From: Octopus sinensis
Taxonomy: Eukaryota
Assembly (NCBI RefSeq): GCF_006345805.1
Contig: NC_043003.1
Coordinates: 104,594,001 to 104,658,000 of the forward strand
Direction: 5' to 3'
DNA: 64,000 bases
Each line of letters opens with the position of its first letter. Position 1 is the first letter of the stretch. The translations under genes were made by a program, and so were the position numbers. Below are positions 24,947-37,835 of the stretch, piece after piece. The notes beneath the pieces are model-generated. The model searched no databases. It had not been told where the DNA came from and saw only the letters and a list, made by a program, of their open reading frames with translations.

Positions 24947-25158
24947 CTATTCAATATGCTGATGTTCCTGCCAAAGAGTGTGTATTTTATTAATCATGTG
25001 CTGGCCAATGCTGGAAGAATAGAAGGCGTACAAACTGCAGATATTTATAAAAATCCACGCTAGGTACAACAGGCAGTCTGGTTCAGTGGTAGCCATGCTC
25101 GAGAGAGGTCCTATCATGTCCTGTTCACTGACCTCAACAGATGCGTCAGCTTCAAGTC
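24947..25158 (-). CDS. TXNDC15: TXNDC15 terminal coding exon
   Basis: Acceptor ttgtctttttcAG, phase 1. Encodes GLEADASVEVSEQDMIGPLSSMATTEPDCLLYLAWIFINICSLYAF..QEHQHIE*, which aligns with the human TXNDC15 C-terminus GIEAKKNVVVTQADQIGPLPST..DWLLVFSLFF..EQEHVE*. Confidence 0.88.
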
Positions 25159-25200
25159 CTGAAAAAGACAATGATGAGAGATGTACATGAGTGTGTGTGT

Positions 25201-25235
<35 letters not shown>

Positions 25236-25249
<14 letters not shown>

Positions 25250-25400
25250 CTGTGTTGTAAGAAGCTTGATTCCCAATCACATGGTTCCGGGTTCAGTCCC
25301 ACTGCGTGGCACCTTGGGCAAGTGTCATCTACTATACCCTCGGGTCAACCAAAGCCTTGTGAGTGGATTTGGTAGACGGAAACTGAAAGAAGTCTGTCAT
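25236..25400 (+). mobile_element. CORE-like SINE 5' half, next to a (GT)n tract at about 25190-25247
   Basis: tRNA-like head, then ggcaccttgggcaagtg (CORE-like) and ggtagacggaaactgaaagaag. Confidence 0.8.
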
Positions 25401-28400
25401 ATATATATATGTATATGTTTGGGTGTGCCTGTGTTTCTGTCTAAAACAATCAACAAAAGAAAATGCTTATGTGAATTGTCTTACTATTTTACAGAATGAA
25501 ACAAGAAAATTAGCTATGTTTTCTTCCTAGCAGACTAGTTTGGGAGGCTTGGCTATTAAAAAGTCATGGATACAACACTTCTTCTGGCAAGCACTGAAGT
25601 TTTTTAAAAAATATTCTTAGAACCTAATATTGAGGAACTTATTCAGACATTAGCTGAGGAAGAAAAAGCAGGCAAAGTGAATGCACACAGATTATGTAAA
25701 ATTCTGGGTACCTCTAAGAAGAAGAGGCAGGTTCATTTAGGACTATGTAACATACAAAAAGTCATGATTCCTGACACACAAATATATTTGCAGAAGACAT
25801 GTAACGTTGCCCAGATTAGCATAATAATTATTTAGAATAAAATAAATCAGGTATTCAATTACATCATTATTGTTTTAATATCCATCTTTCCATGCTTGCG
25901 CACCGGGACCACTGTTTGCTAGTAGTACCCCCTAAATGTTTGGTGAAACAAGAAATCATCATTTAAATAAAACATTTAATCAATATGTACATCACATATA
26001 GATAAGTGCAGTTACTAAGTACAACTGCATCTCACAATAATTGTACACTAAATGTACAGTGTAGTACTGTAACATTCCCATGGTTTTAATGGTTCCAAAT
26101 TGGTAGAGAACAGAGAAAACAGAGGAGTTAACAGCATTGAAAAATTAATATATTCTCTTTCTTTCTACAACACACACAAGAAGACTCATCTAACTCATTT
26201 GAGGATGGGAAAAGCAAATGGGCGAAGCAATGATGATATTGGTGTGTGTGTGTGTGTGGTGTCCCTCTCAAGGGACTTTTGCTACTGTTGATAAGTATTA
26301 AAGAGAAAACATGGCTAAAGAGACATTCATGGAATCAGCAATATTGATGGGAGGTGTGTCAGGTGGAGGCAGTGTTTTCCTGGTTTAGGATATTAATAAT
26401 TCACTAATGAAAATGTCAGGATAGAAAGAAACGAGGAGATCAAAGAGTGAGAGAGATTAGAGAGAAGAGGATGATGATGCAACAGATACAAACTGTTCAG
26501 TGCTTCTGTCTACGATGAGATAATGTACGAGTGACAGTAGTGGCAGTGATGGGGCAGAGTGCTGGGAGGATAAATGTGGTTGTAAGTGTAGTAGGATAAT
26601 GGTAGAGGTAATGAAGACACACGGGGGTCACTGTTTAAGTTGAGGGCAGCTCTGCTTGTGCAGACCTGATTTAAAGGCATCTCACTTATATGACCATCCC
26701 ATCTTTGGGAGATGAATTACATCTAAAAGAAAATGCTTCTTCTACAGTTACCTTTGGCAGATGTTATTTTGACCAGGAAAAATCCAATGTCATCAGATGG
26801 GATGGTATCCAATGATCACTGGGTGACCCCCAGTCCTGTTGGCAGGTTAGCAGTCGTGTACCTCTGACAATAATACCCAAGGTATCCTTCCTTTTGTTTT
26901 GATTTTTTAGAGTAGGATTTGATTTTAGAAAGATTTGGTTACTGTGTTGAGGACTACATAAGGCTCCCTTGTCAAGATATCTGGCAGTATAGTGGAAGTT
27001 ACTCTTCCCTTTGAGTCTATGACAATTTAAAAGGATAACAGGTAATATTTTGCCACCTCAAACTTAACCAATGATGGCCTCCTTTGACTTTATGAAATTG
27101 CTAAAAAAATTAAATCACATTATTGAATCCTTGTAGCTTTGAAATAATGCAAGATAAAATCTTTCCTGCTTTTATCCAAGTAAAAATATGGTGAAATCTT
27201 TGAGACTTCTTGGTTTTTTTCAGTGTTTGAAGAAAAGTGTATACCTTAGTTTTTAATGATATGACACGAGCAAGTAGCGATTCTGACATTGAAGATTTTA
27301 CTCTTGATGATGTACAAAATATCAACGCAAACAACAGCGATTTGTTTTCGCATGAATCATAATTGACATCTATGAATCTTCATTGGATAACAAAGGTTTT
27401 GATAATGAAAGTTGATAAAAATGAAAGTAATGAAAATGATATTGAAAATATTACAACAACATGGCTGAAGATTACTACATCAACCACAATTCCAGATTTC
27501 ACAGAAAAGACTAGTCCACAATACAGTCTACCTCCCGGTGCTCAACCATTGGACTATCTATTTTCATTTTTACTGAAAAGCTTTTTATTTTTTGAAATTG
27601 CCATAATGGAAACAAATATGCTCAACGCATAATTTCTATTCATGGAAGACCTGATCCACTGTGGCAGCCAACTGATATTGCGGAAATGCAAGCTTTTTTT
27701 TTTTTTACTAGAAACACTGTTTGGTATCAAGCAGCTTCCTCAATTGTGGAACTACTGGAATCCTGATATAAGGTATGGTGATCCATATATCTCCAGCATT
27801 CTGTCTAACTATAGTTAATTCATATACTGTTTATGTAAAAAGACCACAAGGTACCTCTGCCACCAAAGGACTACGACCATTTGAGATTTTGGGTTGACAT
27901 CGCATCTCAGTTACGTGAGGGCTTTTCTTCCAGAAAGCGCAGAACTGAGAGAAAAGCAAGATTAACTGAGGTGGATGTCAACAGAGAAAATATTGACTTC
28001 CATAAAGTGGAAAAAATAAATGGAAGGGAAAAAGTTTGCAGATTGTGTTTCTGCAAAAAAGAAAAACTGCAAAAGAACATCAGGTCGAGACCTCATATAC
28101 GTGTTCATTTGGCAAAGTGCCCTCGTGTAAAGGGTGCTTTGGACAGTTTCATGATAGAAATATGGTATTATAAATAATATCTGAAAGTGAGAAATACATA
28201 TTAATTTCCAATATGTTTGCGCACTTCTATTCACCTTTGCCTCACCTGTTAATTAGCCTTTTTTATTAGTTGCATTCTGTTATGTAAAAGTATTCATTAA
28301 ATTGTATAAGAGTACATAGCTGATGGTATATTGACTAGGAAAAGAGTTTTGTACTTTATTTTCAATGAAAATGTTTGAATGAAATATAGAGAAAGAATAA

Positions 28401-28475
28401 AATCTTGCACCGATTATACATCATCATCATCATCATCTTTGTTTTAATTAATTCAAATTAAGGTACCTCATCTTG

Positions 28476-28728
28476 TGAAAGGTAGGAGAGTCCAGTTTGC
28501 TGGACGTTGTTGTAGAGCTGAAAACGAGGCAATTTCTACTCTTCTCCTCTGGAAGCCATCTACTCGCAATACCAGAGGGCGCACACTCTCCTACCCTGAT
28601 GTAATCTCCAGGGATACAGGCATCCAGCAACGGGACCTCCGTAATGCCATGATGGACCGTGAAGTCTGGCGTAGCATGGTAAATTCCATTGTCTCAACCA
28701 TGGTCAAACAATGATGATTATGATGATG
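28476..28728 (+). mobile_element. 5'-truncated RTE-like LINE inserted in the piggyBac, with an 11-bp TSD
   Basis: RRVQFAGRC..MMDREVWRSMV and a (GAT)n tail; acctcatcttg at 28465-28475 and 28729-28739. Confidence 0.85.
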
Positions 28729-29054
28729 ACCTCATCTTGAAAAGTGGCAAAATTGTTGGCTGTTGACATCTGGGATAATTTAGTAACAAATCAAACAGGT
28801 AAGATGCATTAAAAATTTGAATTTTATTGTTTATCCATAATGTTATTGCTTTTACACCTGTTAATTAAATTTACCTGCCCATAAAAATTAGATTTATTCA
28901 GCAAGATCAGATAAAATTACATAACTATAATCCATTGGCACCCACTGACAAAATTTCAAATCTGTATGTAAAAAATTAACAAAGTTACAAGCAAATACTG
29001 TGGACATCCTTCTTGAACCTGAATGATTCAAAGTAACGTGAACAAATAAGCATT

Positions 29055-29514
29055 ACATTTGACAGATTTATCTGAACACATTTGACAGATTAATCTGAAC
29101 ACATTTGACAGATTAATCTGAACACATTTGACAGATTAATCTGAACACATTTGACAGATTTATCTGAACACATTTGACAGAATTATCTGAACACATTTGA
29201 CAGATTTATCTGAACACATTTGACAGATTTATCTGAACACATTTGATAGATTTATCTGAACACATTTGATAGATTTATCTGAACACATTTGATAGATTTA
29301 TCTGAACACATTTGACAGATTTATCTGAACACATTTGACAGATTTATCTGAACACATTTGACAGATTAATCTGAACACATTTGACAGATTTATCTGAACA
29401 CATTTGATAGATTTATCTGAACACATTTGACAGATTTATCTGAACACATTTGACAGAATTATCTGAACACATTTGACAGATTTATCTGAACACATTTGAC
29501 AGATTTATCTGAAC
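29055..29514 (+). repeat. Minisatellite, 20 x 23 bp (acatttgacagatttatctgaac)
   Basis: 460 bp divides into exactly 20 units, with four single-base variants. Confidence 0.97.
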
Positions 29515-30231
29515 ACTAAAGGGTAAAGTTAAAAAATAACAAAAAGAAACATTCTCAGTAACAGGTTAGGGAACTGAAACCATTAAGAATGTGGTGAGAA
29601 CTCATAGCCAACATACCCAGACATTTAACATCAATATATCTCAGTAATTAACCTAAGTGATTAATTTTTTTAAAATCTGCATGGATTAAGGATAAGAGTC
29701 TATCCATATATAAGTTATTCATAATTTGATAGAAATACGTCAACAATAGCTAGTAAAAGATTAAAAGTATCTTTAATTGCAATTATGTGTGTTCAGTCAA
29801 CAGTAAAACGGAAAATATTGATAGTGTTGATAAGGCTGATGATGATGATGATGATGGGAGGGTATTTGCATAAAAGTGTGCATATGTTATGTACATATTA
29901 ACAAGCACAGCATAAGGATGTTATGTGTGTGTGTGTGTGCACGCGCAATAAATATAGTAATGCATGACACCTTAGGCAAGTGTCTCCCACCATAGCCTTG
30001 GGATGGCCAAAGCTTTGTGAATAGACTTGATAGACAGAAACTGAAAGAAGCCCATCATAGATGTGCCTGTCTTTGTCCCCCACCACTGCTTAATAACAGA
30101 TGTTGGTATGTTTACATCCCTGTAACCTAGTGGTTCAGCAAAGATACTGATAGAGTAAGTGCTAGATTAAAAAAGAAGTAAGCACTGGGGTCATTCAAGA
30201 TGGTGAGTGCCCCAGTATAACCAGTCTAATG

Positions 30232-30480
30232 GTTGAAGAAAGAAAGAAAGAATGGAAGGAAGGAAGAAAGGAAGAAAGAAGGAAGGAAGGAAGGAAGGAA
30301 GGAAAGAGAAGAGAGAGAGAGAGAAAGAAAGAGAAAGAGAGAAAGGGAGAGAGAAAAAGAAAGAAAGAAGGAAGGAAGGAAAGAAAGAAAGAAAAGAGAG
30401 AAAGAGAAAAAGAAAGAGAGAGAGAGGGAGGGAAACTGAGAGAAAGAAAGAGCTAAAGAGAAAGAAAGGAAGAAATTGAT
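30232..30480. repeat. Polypurine (GAAA/GGAA/GA)n tract
   Basis: About 250 bp that is almost entirely A/G on +. Confidence 0.95.
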
Positions 30481-31089
30481 AGATATACAAACATACATGC
30501 CTACAAATACATATACACACACACACACACACACATACTACCACAAAAACCTTGCAATGTAATTAGCATAAGGAGAGTAAAACATCCATCACTAATAAAA
30601 CCAAAAGTGAATGAAAAAAAAATGCATAAAACAAATTCAATAACAGCAACAAAAAGATCTGTAAAAGAACAGAAAATGTAACAAGAAAATGGCTGCTTGA
30701 ATGTCGAGAGAGAGGAGAGTGATGGTGGGAGTGAAGAGAGTGATGGTAGGAGGGAAGAGAAAGGGAGAAGCAGGAACTGGTTTGTCCGGCTTATATAGAT
30801 TGGCTTTTTTATAGCCAATAGAAGTGGCCTGAGGTTTGTCAAAGACAACTTGCATTACAGTGTGGTAATGTCAACACCAGCATCCACTTTACTGTTCCCA
30901 CAAGTGTTCAACCACCCGTTACACCTGCCAAAACACCTGCCTCACAACTAACTTCTATCTTGCTCTCACAACTGTCCTATTGTTAGAGTGGATATGGAAA
31001 ACCTAGCTGAGATAAAAGAGAACACCTAGGGGACTCTTACATTCAATAACACATGGTCGGTGTGGTGATTAGCAATAATTTAATCCTTT

Positions 31090-32794
31090 CTACCAAAGCA
31101 CAAGGCCTGGAATTTTGGGGGAGGGGACCATGGACTTGCCAAGGGATACAATCTCCCCAACCGCTGCCATTTCAAGTTCAAGGCTTTCAAAGTTTGTTTC
31201 AGACACAACCTCAGGCCACAGCTTCTTCCACACAGAGGTCAAAGTTCTCTTTGAAACACCCTGCCAGGTCATATCCATAATTCTGAGGCATATCACGATG
31301 TTATAGCGGTCCTTCCAGAACTCTCGAATGGTTTGTGCTCTCCGTCACCTCAAAGCAGTGGTGCAACAGGTGTTTGGTGAAGAGCTTCTTGAAATTAGAA
31401 ATCACCTACTGGTCCATGGACTGCAGGATAGGGGTGGTGTTGGGTGGAAGGTAGAGAACCTTTATAAACTTGAACTCTTCAAGGATGTCATCTTTCAAGG
31501 TTAGGTGGGTGAGCGGGTGCATTGTCCAGGATGAGAACGGCTTGCAAGGATAGTTATTTTCCTGGAGATATTTTTTAACATTAAGACCAAAGACAAAATT
31601 CACCCACTCCACAAAGAACTACCTGGTGACCCATGCCCTTGGGTTTACCCTCCACATAACCCAGAATCTTATGGGACTTGAAGGCTCTGAGGTTTTCCAA
31701 ATGATAAACAAGCAGTAGTTTAATCTTGCAGTCGCCGCTTGCATTGGCATATAGTGCAAAGGTTAGCCTACCCTTCATAGGTTTGTGGCCTAGCATCCTC
31801 TTCTCCTCTGCTGTTATCTAAGTCTTCCTTGGCATCTTCTTCCAAAAAAAAGTCCTGTCTCATCACAGTTGAAGACTTGCCGGGGGATGTATCCTTTGGC
31901 TGCTATAATTCCAGCAAAAGTTTTGAAGTAATCCTCAGCTGCCTTCATATCCACGCTCGCTGTCTCACCATCCCTGACAGAGAATAAATACTGGTCCTCT
32001 TTTTAAAATTCTCGAATCATCTCCAACTGGCTTTAAATGGCTTGCCCGATGCCTCATCTGGACAAGTGCCTGGGGTCAGCTGCAGCAAACCAGCATAAAT
32101 AGCTTGTGCCTTCTTGCAGATTATAGCCTCCACCATGGTATCTCCTGCAAGCTTTCAATGCCCTTGGCTGGCGGTATAGCCTTTATCGACTCCTCCTACT
32201 TCAGTGTGGTGCAAATTGTAGAAGTGCTAAGCTCATACTGCTTCACCAAGTCAACTACATGCACACCTTGGTCATGATTTTCGATAATTTCTTTCAATGC
32301 ACATCATCCGCTTCTTCTCAGCACTGTCCTTTGCACTCACTTTCTTCAGACCCATGGTTGGAAAAATGAAGTTTTGGAAAATAACTGCAAATACAATTGC
32401 AAGCACAACAACACTGATTGCTTCTGTAGCCTGCAATGACTAAGTAAGCATTTTACTACCCATCTAGCTAACGATCCACTAATGATCCTCTAACGATCTT
32501 CGCACTTGCTAATGTGCATGTCTGTCTAGCTATCAATCTACTAATGGTCTTTGTACTTGCTAACATGCATGTCTATCGAGCTATCGAGTAAGATGTGGGA
32601 TGCTGGGTGGATGTTACAGCATTCACTGTGGTGTTCGCTACACCAACTCGTGGTCGGGTATCTGGTGGGGTATTTGAAGCTGGCTCAGAACCCGAATTTT
32701 AGCTTGCAACTCAAAGCAAAAAAATCAACTGAGAGACAGATTGTACTTCGAAAAAATTCATAGTTGGGACACTCATAAGCCAAGGCAGCACTGT
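31090..32794 (-). mobile_element. Tigger/pogo transposon remnant
   Basis: MGLKKVSAKDSAEKKRMM (ATG at 32355); GHKPMKGRLT..NASGDCKIK; YLPPNTTPILQSMDQ (DDE_1); TA-CAGTGCTGCCTTGG TIR-like end at about 32794. Confidence 0.88.
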
Positions 32795-33258
32795 ACTTAT
32801 TTTCTTTATAAGCCTGGCACTTATTCTATTGGTCACTTTTGCTGAGCTGCTAAGTTATGAGGATATAAACACACCTACACCGGTTGTCAAGCAGTGGTGA
32901 GGGACACGCACACAAATATGTATACACGACAGTCTTCTTACAGTTTTTTATCTTCCAAATCCACTCACAAGGCTTTGGTTGGCCTGAGGCTATAGCAAAA
33001 GACATTTACCGAAGATACCATGCAGCGGGACTGAACCTGGAACCATGTGATTGGAAAGCAAGTTTCCTACAACACAGTCACAACTGCACTTTATATATAT
33101 ATACTTTATTTAAAGCAGCAGAAAATTCAACAAAACGGGAAACTCAGAGTAACAGGTTTTGTTGAATTTTCTGCTGCTTTAAATAAAGCATATTACTCTA
33201 CCACTGGTATTTGAGTACTCTTTTTTCCACCTTGTTTCACATTTATGTGTTTACTCCA

Positions 33259-33309
<51 letters not shown>

Positions 33310-33310
<1 letters not shown>

Positions 33311-33560
33311 TTACTCTGTTATCTCCCCTACTTCTTACCTCTCATGTGTGACCCTTCTGTCTGGCAGTCGCCATGATAGATCATTAGCCACTACACACAT
33401 TTTTTTCTCTCCTTGTTTTTTACTGTGTCCCTTTCTGTAGAAGAGCGTAGGCACGAAACGTAAAAGACTTTTTCTATTCCTGAGCGTTATACTAATACAT
33501 CTGTTTGTTTTGTACACCACCTGTCTTTGTCTTTTGTTTATTTTAGGAAACTCTCCCTAT
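33310..33560 (+). mobile_element. Possible Penelope-like element terminal fragment
   Basis: Contains gaagagcgtaggcacgaaacgt, resembling the hammerhead-like motif of PLE termini; sits next to a (TA)n tract. Confidence 0.4.
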
Positions 33561-34248
33561 ATCTATACATATATACATATACACAAATTTGTATACACAT
33601 ACACAGATATTGGCTTTGATGTTCATCCTGCAGAGATGAATACATCTATCTATATATAAAGGGGGGGGGGTGCAGAGAGTATATCTAAGTTTGTAATAAG
33701 GGGAAAGTTAAATTAGCAACTAAATACCCTAAAGTATTTTTGTCTCTTCTGCAGTTTTAGTTTAAATCACAACTGGCATCAAATGGCTTATTCCTGCAAA
33801 GTCCATAAATTTAATGCTGATGATTCAGTGGACCAACTCCTCAATGAAATATCAACCTTGTGCATAGTGACAAAAACAAAAATCAATAATCTACACAGAA
33901 ACTGACTAAACCATTTGGATAAGTATATGAACAACCACCAATGTGTCATGTGTGTCTATGCATAAATGCATACACACAGTAGTACACACACACACACACA
34001 GCAGATATGACAATAGCATGTTCTCTACTTTCATGATAAGACCAAAACTATCAATTATACAACCACCACCACCACCATCAGGCACCAGTACTAATATTAC
34101 CAAAGCCATCAACCACACCTACAATATGCTACTAATGTAAGAATCTCTATGTAGTTACTCAATCTACTAGAAATAGCAGCCAAAAATATCCTTCAACTCA
34201 CATTCCTACATCCTATCACTGGACAGAACAAATTACATAAATGCAATC

Positions 34249-34288
<40 letters not shown>

Positions 34289-35599
34289 ACACACATACAT
34301 ACATATATATATATACATATAAAACAACAGGAAAGTCATGGCTGGAATGCTACCACCACTACTATTAGAGTCATCACTCACCACCATCACCATCCAGCAT
34401 TAATAAACTACTGAAGCTGCTCACCACAACTAAAAACACCAACCACCATCACCACTGCTGCCAAAGCTAGCAGCCATAAACATCATCATCATCCTCATCA
34501 TCATAAGTTACAACACAGACACAAGTCAAAGGCAAAAATATAAAAACCTCAGATAATATTGATGTTTCTATATTTGTCTGCTTTCCAATTCCAACCTCCA
34601 CATCAACACACTAAGATCCACCACAGTCTCAGTGAAGGACAACTTTAGTCAGTTTTTATCCTCTTCACCGTTTTCTGGTCTATTTATAATTCGATGCACT
34701 TTGCATCTTTTTTTAAAACTGTATCTGGAGCAAGTAATGATAATCTTTGCGCTACATTGATTCAAATAGTCTTTTATTGATTCCAATCATTAGACTACAG
34801 CCCTGATGGGGCACTACTTAAAATATTTTGATCAATAAATCTTAGGACAAATTTTAGTCTTTATCAAGCCTTATTTATCAAACAGCTAAGTTACCATTAT
34901 ATTAGAGGGATGTAACAAGATGCTGTGTTTTTTCATTATTTCTCTCTCTCTCACACACGCATTTATGTTTCTTATAATAAAAATTGACAATCAACTCAAG
35001 TTTCCCCCTTGGCTCATCACAATTGTGAATGAAATGAAATGAGGCCTGTGGTAGTTATAAAACTAATAGGAAGGGTTTGTTTACGTGTGCCTGGGACTCA
35101 GCTAATGCTGGCACTGTCTTGTATCTTTTACTTGTTTCAGTCATTAGACTGCAACTATGCTGGGGCACCAATTCTATTGAACTCTTCTGCCAAACCATTT
35201 AGTCAGAGGGACATAAATACACCAACACTGGTTGTCAAACGGAGGTAGGGTACAAACAAACACAAAGGCATATATGTATAGATATATACGATAGGCTTCT
35301 TTCAGTTTCTGTCTACCAAATCCACTCACAAATCTTTGGTCAGGCTGAGGCTATAGTAGAAGACCCTTGCCCAAGGTGCCACGCAGTGGGACTGATCCTG
35401 GATTCATGTGGTTGAGAAGGAAGCCTCTTACCACAGAGCCATGCCTGTACATATCTACATATAATATACTCTTTTATTTTCAGTTGCTTCAATTGATGGA
35501 CTGTGGCCATGCTTGAGCAGTATCTAATTTTTATTTTTGTTTATTTATTTATTACCCCCCCCCTCCATTTTGTTGAAGTTTTATGATTGGAAGTTGGTC

Positions 35600-36260
35600 T
35601 ATTACTGAGTTACTGATCTTCTTGTGTGTAACCTTGGATAGTTGGCTGGACTGGTATTTTGGTTAGGATTTCCTTGAATGCTTTTCGAATGTTTCAATAA
35701 AAATCTTTGTATGTTTCTGATTTCACTAGGTAGGCAGTTGAACACTAGAGGGCGACTAAATATCAGATTGTTGCAGTAGAGTGTCCTTGCTCGTGATTTT
35801 GAAAGTGGCAGAATCAACCAGTTCTTGCATTAAAGCTTTCTTGAATGTTAAAGTTTGGAAGATGATCTTCCAGGAACTTTTATATATCTCTCCTGGCACT
35901 GTTCAAAAAATGTAGAAACAGGGAAATTTGAGAAGATCCCAGTAATTAAACCTGATCACCAAAGTTACTTTACTAATGAACAATCTCTGTAACGCTTCAA
36001 TTTCTTCTATGAGATCAAGTGTGTTAGAGACCAAAGCTGTGTACAGTAATCTAGTCTAAACAAAATCAAGGTTTTCTCTAGAGTCAGCACAACTACTTGT
36101 TCTATGGTTATTAAGGCTTTTAGGATCCATCCTTTGAGATGTCTGCATTTAGAGATCAAGTTGGTAATGTGTCTGATGTAAGACATGATTACTCCCAAAT
36201 CCCATATTCTATCAGATCTTTGTGCTGTTATCTGGTGTTGAATAATTTATGTTGCACATG
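35600..36260 (-). mobile_element. CR1/L2-like LINE 3' remnant
   Basis: LILFRLDYCTQLWS and VFNCLPSEIRNI motifs. Confidence 0.7.
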
Positions 36261-36344
36261 TCAATTCTGTACTGAAGAACCTGAAATTTTGATGCGTTAA
36301 ATTTCATGTTTTTATCTATTCATTAATAGGTGAGATTTAACTCA

Positions 36345-36359
36345 TTATGTATGTGTGTG

Positions 36360-36404
<45 letters not shown>

Positions 36405-36465
36405 ATATATACATACACATATATATGCAAATATATATATATATATACATAAACATATATGCATA

Positions 36466-36496
<31 letters not shown>

Positions 36497-36730
36497 TCAT
36501 ATACATACATATATATATATGGATACCTATATATATATATATATATATAGATAGATAGATAGATAGATATAGATACCTATACATACATATATACAATATA
36601 TATATACATATATACATACCTATACATACATATACCTATACATACATATACCTATACATACATATGTGTGTATATATATATATATATATACATATACATA
36701 TGTATATATACATATATACATATACATATG

Positions 36731-36768
<38 letters not shown>

Positions 36769-36830
36769 CATACACATATATACATACGTACACACACATA
36801 TATATAGATATATATACATATAAATTTAAA
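36345..36830. repeat. Compound (TA)/(TACA)/(TAGA) microsatellite
   Basis: About 490 bp of low complexity; it explains the IY-rich ORFs. Confidence 0.97.
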
Positions 36831-36849
36831 TTGATTAAGTATCACTAAC

Positions 36850-37320
36850 ATCATCATCATCATTTAACATCTGCTTTCTATGCTGGCATGGATTGGACGG
36901 TTTGACTTAGGACTGGCAAGACAGAAGGCTGCACCAGGCTCCAATCCAATCTGGCAAGGTTTCAACAGCTGGATGCCCTTCTTAACACCAACCACTCTGA
37001 GAGTGTAGCAGGTACTTCTTACGTGCCACCGACACAGCGTCCAGTCAGGCAGTACTGGCATTGACCACGACCACGCTTGAATGGCACTTTTTATGTGCTA
37101 CTGGCACAGGAGCCAGTCAGGCAGAGCTGGTATTGACCACAATCGTATGATGCATTTTATGTGCCACCAGCGCAGGAGCCAGTCCGGAAGGATTGGCATT
37201 GCCCACAATCAAATGGTGCTTTTCATGTGCATCGGACACTGGTGCCAGTTACGCGTTACTGGCATCGGCCACGACAGTAATTTTACTTGACTCCACAGGT
37301 CTTCTAAAGCGTAGTTTATT
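36850..37320 (-). mobile_element. RTE 3'-UTR-derived element with 4 hairpin units
   Basis: (ATC)n tail, ctggatgcccttc.. core and tandem gtgcc-n3-ggcac units. Confidence 0.8.
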
Positions 37321-37334
37321 CAACAAATGTCAAG

Positions 37335-37835
37335 AACCCAGATTCCACAAAAACAGTTCACTGGGAGCTGCATAAAGCCGGATTTCATGGGAGGGCTGCA
37401 ATCAGAAAACCACTACTTTCAAAAGCAAACATTGCAAAGCATTTAGAGTGGAGTAAAAACTTACAGAATTGGTCCCTAGAGCAGTGGAAGAATGTTATTT
37501 ACTCGGACAAGTCATCCTTTACCTCATTTCCAACCACCAGCCGAGTATACGTGTTGAGACGGCCAAAAGAAACATTTGACCCAGACTACCTTCTTCCAGG
37601 TGTTAAACATGGAGAAGGATCTGTGAAAATCTGGGGAGTAGGGGGCTATATCTTGGAAATCTGCTGGCCCAATGGTTTCTCTTCATGGCAGATTTAATAG
37701 TCATGACTATTTAAGCATTTTATCTGATCAAATTCATGCTATGGTTGCAGAACTGCTTCCAGAGAGAAATGCAATCTTTCAGGATGACAATGCACCTATT
37801 CACACAGGTAAAGTTGTTACTGAATGGCATGAGGA
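37335..37835 (+). mobile_element. Tc1 transposase remnant
   Basis: ELHKAGFHGRAAIRKPLL..WKNVIYSDKSSF..VKHG..FQDDNAPIH. Confidence 0.85.

Larger units (their letters stand above)
27064..29527 (+). mobile_element. piggyBac-type transposon, internally deleted and pseudogenised
   Basis: Acidic N-terminus MTRASSDSDIEDF; PDF..AQPLDYLFSF..METN; WQPTDIAEMQAF..GIKQLPQLWNYW; Cys-rich C-terminus VCRLC..; right end ..actaaaggg followed by a degenerate TTAA. The left boundary is uncertain. Confidence 0.75.

Noticed and set aside
25570-25800. Peptide EEEKAGKVNAHRLCKILGTSKKK resembling an ADAR1 Z-alpha helix-turn-helix
   Set aside because: It lacks the conserved N/Y/W residues and has an in-frame stop just upstream. 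The wider frame (MDTTLLLAS..EELIQTLAEEEKAG..KV) fits a decayed LINE RT segment after the YADD motif better.
29055-29514. CRISPR-like appearance of the 23-bp array (and of the RTE hairpin arrays)
   Set aside because: There are no unique spacers and no cas genes, the context is eukaryotic, and both arrays lie inside transposable elements.
30191-30544. K/E/R-rich and F/S/L-rich ORFs, plus the IY- and CV-rich ORFs at 36345-36863 and 25181-25499
   Set aside because: These are translations of microsatellites.
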